The position numbers and the translations under genes were made by a program. From NCBI GenBank assembly GCA_964057225.1, contig OZ059898.1, positions 14,756,001-14,820,000 on the forward strand: a stretch of DNA of 64,000 bases, in the 5' to 3' direction. This DNA comes from Auanema rhodensis (lineage: Eukaryota; Animalia; Nematoda). How positions within the stretch are numbered: position 1 is the first letter of the stretch; each line of letters opens with the position of its first letter. The notes below the pieces were generated by a model, which saw nothing but the letters and a program-made list of their open reading frames with translations, searched no databases and was not told the DNA's origin. Shown in pieces: positions 58,001-64,000 of this stretch.

Positions 58001-61000
58001 TTCTTATGATACTACTTCTTCTATCATTTACCTCGAGGAAGTGAGTAAGCAACAAGGGAAGTAACAACGATGAATCGGCCCCGTATTAACTTCTAACAAA
58101 AAGATTAAATGCAGAAAAGAGATTTAGAAGAGAGCTGAATTCAAAATATGGAAATTCAGAAGAGAAGATGCCAAAAGATGGCTTCCCATGCCTGGAATCG
58201 AACCCGGGCCGCGTGGGTGAAAACCACGAATCCTAACCACTAGACCACATGGGACACGTTTACTGTTCTTATGATACTACTTCTTCTATCATTTATCTCG
58301 AGGAAGTGAGTAAGCAACAAGGGAAGTAACAACGATGAATCGGCCCCGTATTATCTTCTAACAAAACGATTAAATGCAGAAAAGAGATTTAGAAGAGAGC
58401 TGAATTCAAAATATGGAAATTCAGAAGAGAAGATGCCAAAAGATGGCTTCCCATGCCGGGAATCGAACCCGGGCCGCGTGGGTGAAAACCACGAATCCTA
58501 ACCACTAGACCACATGGGACACGTTTACTGTTCTTATGATACTACTTCTTCTATCATTTATCTCGAGGAAGTGAGTAAGCAACAAGGGAAGTAACAACGA
58601 TGAATCGGCCCCGTATTATCTTCTAACAAAACGATTAAATGCAGAAAAGAGATTTAGAAGAGAGCTGAATTCAAAATATGGAAATTCAGAAGAGAAGATG
58701 CCAAAAGATGGCTTCCCATGCCGGGAATCGAACCCGGGCCGCGTGGGTGAAAACCACGAATCCTAACCACTAGACCACATGGGACACGTTAACTGTTCTT
58801 ATGATACTACTTCTTCTATCATTTACCTCGAGGAAGTGAGTAAGCAAGAAGGGAAGTAACAATGATGAATTGGTCCCGTATTAACTTCTAACAAAACGAT
58901 TAAATGCAGAAAAGAGATTTAGAAGAGAGCTGAATTCAAAATATGGAAATTCAGAAGAGAAGATGCCAAAAGATGGCTTCCCATGCCGGGAATCGAACCC
59001 GGGCCGCGTGGGTGAAAACCACGAATCCTAACCACTAGACCACATGGGACACGTTAACTGTTCTTATGATACTACTTCTTCTATCATTTACCTCGAGGAA
59101 GTGAGTAAGCAAGAAGGGAAGTAACAATGATGAATTGGTCCCGTATTAACTTCTAACAAAAAGATAAAATGCAGAAAAGAGATTTAGAAGAGAGCTGAAT
59201 TCAAAATATGGAAATTCAGAAGAGAAGATGCCAAAAGATGGCTTCCCATGCCGGGAATCGAACCCGGGCCGCGTGGGTGAAAACCACGAATCCTAACCAC
59301 TAGACCACATGGGACACGTTAACTGTTCTTATGATACTACTTCTTCTATCATTTACCTCGAGGAAGTGAGTAAGCAACAAGGGAAGTAACAACGATGAAT
59401 CGGCCCCGTATTAACTTCTAACAAAAAGATTAAATGCAGAAAAGAGATTTAGAAGAGAGCTGAATTCAAAATATGGAAATTCAGAAGAGAAGATGCCAAA
59501 AGATGGCTTCCCATGCCGGGAATCGAACCCGGGCCGCGTGGGTGAAAACCACGAATCCTAACCACTAGACCACATGGGACACGTTAACTGTTCTTATGAT
59601 ACTACTTCTTCTATCATTTACCTCGAGGAAGTGAGTAAGCAACAAGGGAAGTAACAACGATGAATCGGCCCCGTATTAACTTCTAACAAAAAGATTAAAT
59701 GCAGAAAAGAGATTTAGAAGAGAGCTGAATTCAAAACATGGAAATTCAGAAGAGAAGATGCCAAAAGATGGCTTCCCATGCCGGGAATCGAACCCGGGCC
59801 GCGTGGGTGAAAACCACGAATCCTAACCACTAGACCACATGGGACACGTTTACTGTTCTTATGATACTACTTCTTCTATCATTTATCTCGAGGAAGTGAG
59901 TAAGCAACAAGGGAAGTAACAACGATGAATCGGCCCCGTATTATCTTCTAACAAAACGATTAAATGCAGAAAAGAGATTTAGAAGAGAGCTGAATTCAAA
60001 ATATGGAAATTCAGAAGAGAAGATGCCAAAAGATGGCTTCCCATGCCGGGAATCGAACCCGGGCCGCGTGGGTGAAAACCACGAATCCTAACCACTAGAC
60101 CACATGGGACACGTTAACTGTTCTTATGATACTACTTCTTCTATCATTTACCTCGAGGAAGTGAGTAAGCAAGAAGGGAAGTAACAATGATGAATTGGTC
60201 CCGTATTAACTTCTAACAAAACGATTAAATGCAGAAAAGAGATTTAGAAGAGAGCTGAATTCAAAATATGGAAATTCAGAAGAGAAGATGCCAAAAGATG
60301 GCTTCCCATGCCGGGAATCGAACCCGGGCCGCGTGGGTGAAAACCACGAATCCTAACCACTAGACCACATGGGACACGTTAACTGTTCTTATGATACTAC
60401 TTCTTCTATCATTTACCTCGAGGAAGTGAGTAAGCAAGAAGGGAAGTAACAATGATGAATTGGTCCCGTATTAACTTCTAACAAAACGATTAAATGCAGA
60501 AAAGAGATTTAGAAGAGAGCTGAATTCAAAATATGGAAATTCAGAAGAGAAGATGCCAAAAGATGGCTTCCCATGCCGGGAATCGAACCCGGGCCGCGTG
60601 GGTGAAAACCACGAATCCTAACCACTAGACCACATGGGACACGTTAACTGTTCTTATGATACTACTTCTTCTATCATTTACCTCGAGGAAGTGAGTAAGC
60701 AACAAGGGAAGTAACAATGATGAATTGGTCCCGTATTAACTTCTGACAAAAAGATTAAATGCAGAAAAGAGATTTAGAAGAGAGCTGAATTCAAAATATG
60801 GAAATTCAGAAGAGAAGATGCCAAAAGATGGCTTCCCATGCCGGGAATCGAACCCGGGCCGCGTGGGTGAAAACCACGAATCCTAACCACTAGACCACAT
60901 GGGACACGTTAACTGTTCTTATGATACTACTTCTTCTATCATTTACCTCGAGGAAGTGAGTAAGCAACAAGGGAAGTAACAATGATGAATTGGTCCCGTA

Positions 61001-64000
61001 TTAACTTCTAACAAAACGATTAAATGCAGAGAAGAGATTTAGAAGAGAGCTGAATTCAAAATATGGAAATTCAGAAGAGAAGATGCCAAAAGATGGCTTC
61101 CCATGCCGGGAATCGAACCCGGGCCGCGTGGGTGAAAACCACGAATCCTAACCACTAGACCACATGGGACACGTTAACTGTTCTTATGATACTACTTCTT
61201 CTATCATTTACCTCGAGGAAGTGAGTAAGCAAGAAGGGAAGTAACAATGATGAATTGGTCCCGTATTAACTTCTAACAAAACGATTAAATGCAGAAAAGA
61301 GATTTAGAAGAGAGCTGAATTCAAAATATGGAAATTCAGAAGAGAAGATGCCAAAAGATGGCTTCCCATGCCGGGAATCGAACCCGGGCCGCGTGGGTGA
61401 AAACCACGAATCCTAACCACTAGACCACATGGGACACGTTAACTGTTCTTATGATACTACTTCTTCTATCATTTACCTCGAGGAAGTGAGTAAGCAACAA
61501 GGGAAGTAACAATGATGAATTGGTCCCGTATTAACTTCTGACAAAAAGATTAAATGCAGAAAAGAGATTTAGAAGAGAGCTGAATTCAAAATATGGAAAT
61601 TCAGAAGAGAAGATGCCAAAAGATGGCTTCCCATGCCGGGAATCGAACCCGGGCCGCGTGGGTGAAAACCACGAATCCTAACCACTAGACCACATGGGAC
61701 ACGTTAACTGCTCTTATGATACTACTTCTTCTATCATTTACCTCGAGGAAGTGAGTAAGCAACAAGGGAAGTAACAATGATGAATTGGTCCCGTATTAAC
61801 TTCTGACAAAAAGATTAAATGCAGAAAAGAGATTTAGAAGAGAGCTGAATTCAAAATATGGAAATTCAGAAGAGAAGATGCCAAAAGATGGCTTCCCATG
61901 CCGGGAATCGAACCCGGGCCGCGTGGGTGAAAACCACGAATCCTAACCACTAGACCACATGGGACACGTTAACTGCTCTTATGATACTACTTCTTCTATC
62001 ATTTACCTCGAGGAAGTGAGTAAGCAACAAGGGAAGTAACAACGATGAATCGGCCCCGTATTAACTTCTAACAAAAAGATTAAACGCAGAAAAGAGATTT
62101 AGAAGAGAGCTGAATTCAAAATATGGAAATTCAGAAGAGAAGATGCCAAAAGATGGCTTCCCATGCCGGGAATCGAACCCGGGCCGCGTGGGTGAAAACC
62201 ACGAATCCTAACCACTAGACCACATGGGACACGTTAACTGTTCTTATGATACTACTTCTTCTATCATTTACCTCGAGGAAGTGAGTAAGCAACAAGGGAA
62301 GTAACAACGATGAATCGGCCCCGTATTAACTTCTAACAAAAAGATTAAATGCAGAAAAGAGATTTAGAAGAGAGCTGAATTCAAAATATGAAAATTCAAA
62401 AGAGAAGATGCCAAAAGATGGCTTCCCATGCCGGGAATCGAACCCGGGCTGCGTGGGTGAAAACCACGAATCCTAACCACTAGACCACATGGGACACGTT
62501 AACTGTTCTTAGGATACTACTTCTTCTATCATTTACCTCGAGGAAGTGAGTAAGCAACAAGGGAAGTAACAACGATGAATCGGCCCCGTATTAACTTCTA
62601 ACAAAACGGTTAAAAGCAGAAAAGAGATTTAGAAGAGAGCTGAATTCAAAATATGGAAATTCAGAAGAGAAGATGCCAAAAGATGGCTTCCCATGCCGGG
62701 AATCGAACCCGGGCCGCGTGGGTGAAAACCACGAATCCTAACCACTAGACCACATGGGACACGTTAACTGCTCTTATGATACTACTTCTTCTATCATTTA
62801 CCTCGAGGAAGTGAGTAAGCAACAAGGGAAGTAACAACGATGAATCGGCCCCGTATTAACTTCTAACAAAAAGATTAAACGCAGAAAAGAGATTTAGAAG
62901 AGAGCTGAATTCAAAATATGGAAATTCAGAAGAGAAGATGCCAAAAGATGGCTTCCCATGCCGGGAATCGAACCCGGGCCGCGTGGGTGAAAACCACGAA
63001 TCCTAACCACTAGACCACATGGGACACGTTAACTGTTCTTAGGATACTACTTCTTCTATCATTTACCTCGAGGAAGTGAGTAAGCAACAAGGGAAGTAAC
63101 AACGATGAATCGGCCCCGTATTAACTTCTAACAAAAAGATTAAACGCAGAAAAGAGATTTAGAAGAGAGCTGAATTCAAAATATGGAAATTCAGAAGAGA
63201 AGATGCCAAAAGATGGCTTCCCATGCCGGGAATCGAACCCGGGCCGCGTGGGTGAAAACCACGAATCCTAACCACTAGACCACATGGGACACGTTAACTG
63301 TTCTTATGATACTACTTCTTCTATCATTTACCTCGAGGAAGTGAGTAAGCAACAAGGGAAGTAACAACGATGAATCGGCCCCGTATTAACTTCTAACAAA
63401 AAGATTAAATGCAGAAAAGAGATTTAGAAGAGAGCTGAATTCAAAATATGAAAATTCAAAAGAGAAGATGCCAAAAGATGGCTTCCCATGCCGGGAATCG
63501 AACCCGGGCCGCGTGGGTGAAAACCACGAATCCTAACCACTAGACCACATGGGACACGTTAACTGTTCTTAGGATACTACTTCTTCTATCATTTACCTCG
63601 AGGAAGTGAGTAAGCAACAAGGGAAGTAACAACGATGAATCGGCCCCGTATTAACTTCTAACAAAACAGTTAAAAGCAGAAAAGAGATTTAGAAGAGAGC
63701 TGAATTCAAAATATGAAAATTCAAAAGAGAAGATGCCAAAAGATGGCTTCCCATGCCGGGAATCGAACCCGGGCCGCGTGGGTGAAAACCACGAATCCTA
63801 ACCACTAGACCACATGGGACACGTTAACTGCTCTTATGATACTACTTCTTCTATCATTTACCTCGAGGAAGTGAGTAAGCAACAAGGGAAGTAACAACGA
63901 TGAATCGGCCCCGTATTAACTTCTAACAAAAAGATTAAATGCAGAAAAGAGATTTAGAAGAGAGCTGAATTCATAATATGGAAATTCAGAAGAGAAGATG
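49023..64000 (-). repeat. tRNA-Glu array segment A5, 56 genes (first 49074-49145, last 63748-63819); continues right of the window
   Basis: 265-bp periodicity; some units carry a 33-bp spacer duplication. Confidence 0.97.

Noticed and set aside
187-63819. Suppressor or anticodon-shifted tRNA variants hidden in the array
   Set aside because: Variants found by eye affect stems or the T loop only and the TTC anticodon appeared constant; a full alignment would be needed to be certain

Overview
Eukaryotic (very probably nematode) heterochromatin-like window. The backbone is a homogenised tandem array of a 265-bp unit, each carrying one tRNA-Glu(TTC) gene. By unit arithmetic there are about 139 intact copies plus 1 split copy, on the + strand from 1 to 9087 and on the - strand from 20868 to the end. 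Four LTR elements interrupt the array. (1) 9088-20867 (-): an 11.8-kb Ty3/gypsy-type endogenous retrovirus with a single gag-env-pro-RT-RH-IN reading frame (NERV-like order). It has a 1-nt frameshift in integrase, an antisense intron-containing accessory gene in its leader, and a 3' LTR cut to 81 bp exactly where the tRNA array changes orientation. (2) 29060-36444 (+): a young BEL/Pao element (305-bp LTRs with no visible mismatch, 5-bp TSD, tRNA-Gly PBS, gag/pol -1 overlap) with an extra, apparently separately promoted coiled-coil/triple zinc-knuckle gene. (3) 37927-41172 (-): a 3.2-kb non-autonomous relative of element 1 that encodes only an in-frame fusion of the polyprotein's N- and C-termini, inserted inside a tRNA. 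(4) 44838-49022 (-): a 4.2-kb pol-less element with orphan ORFs. Elements 1, 3 and 4 share non-canonical CGTTCC...GGAAC(G/A) LTR ends, a tRNA-Gln PBS flush with the LTR, and a covarying AGG(U/A)-tetraloop hairpin next to a weak or absent PPT. Elements 3 and 4 have 4-bp TSDs. Together they look like an enveloped helper retrovirus and two satellite elements colonising a Pol III gene array.
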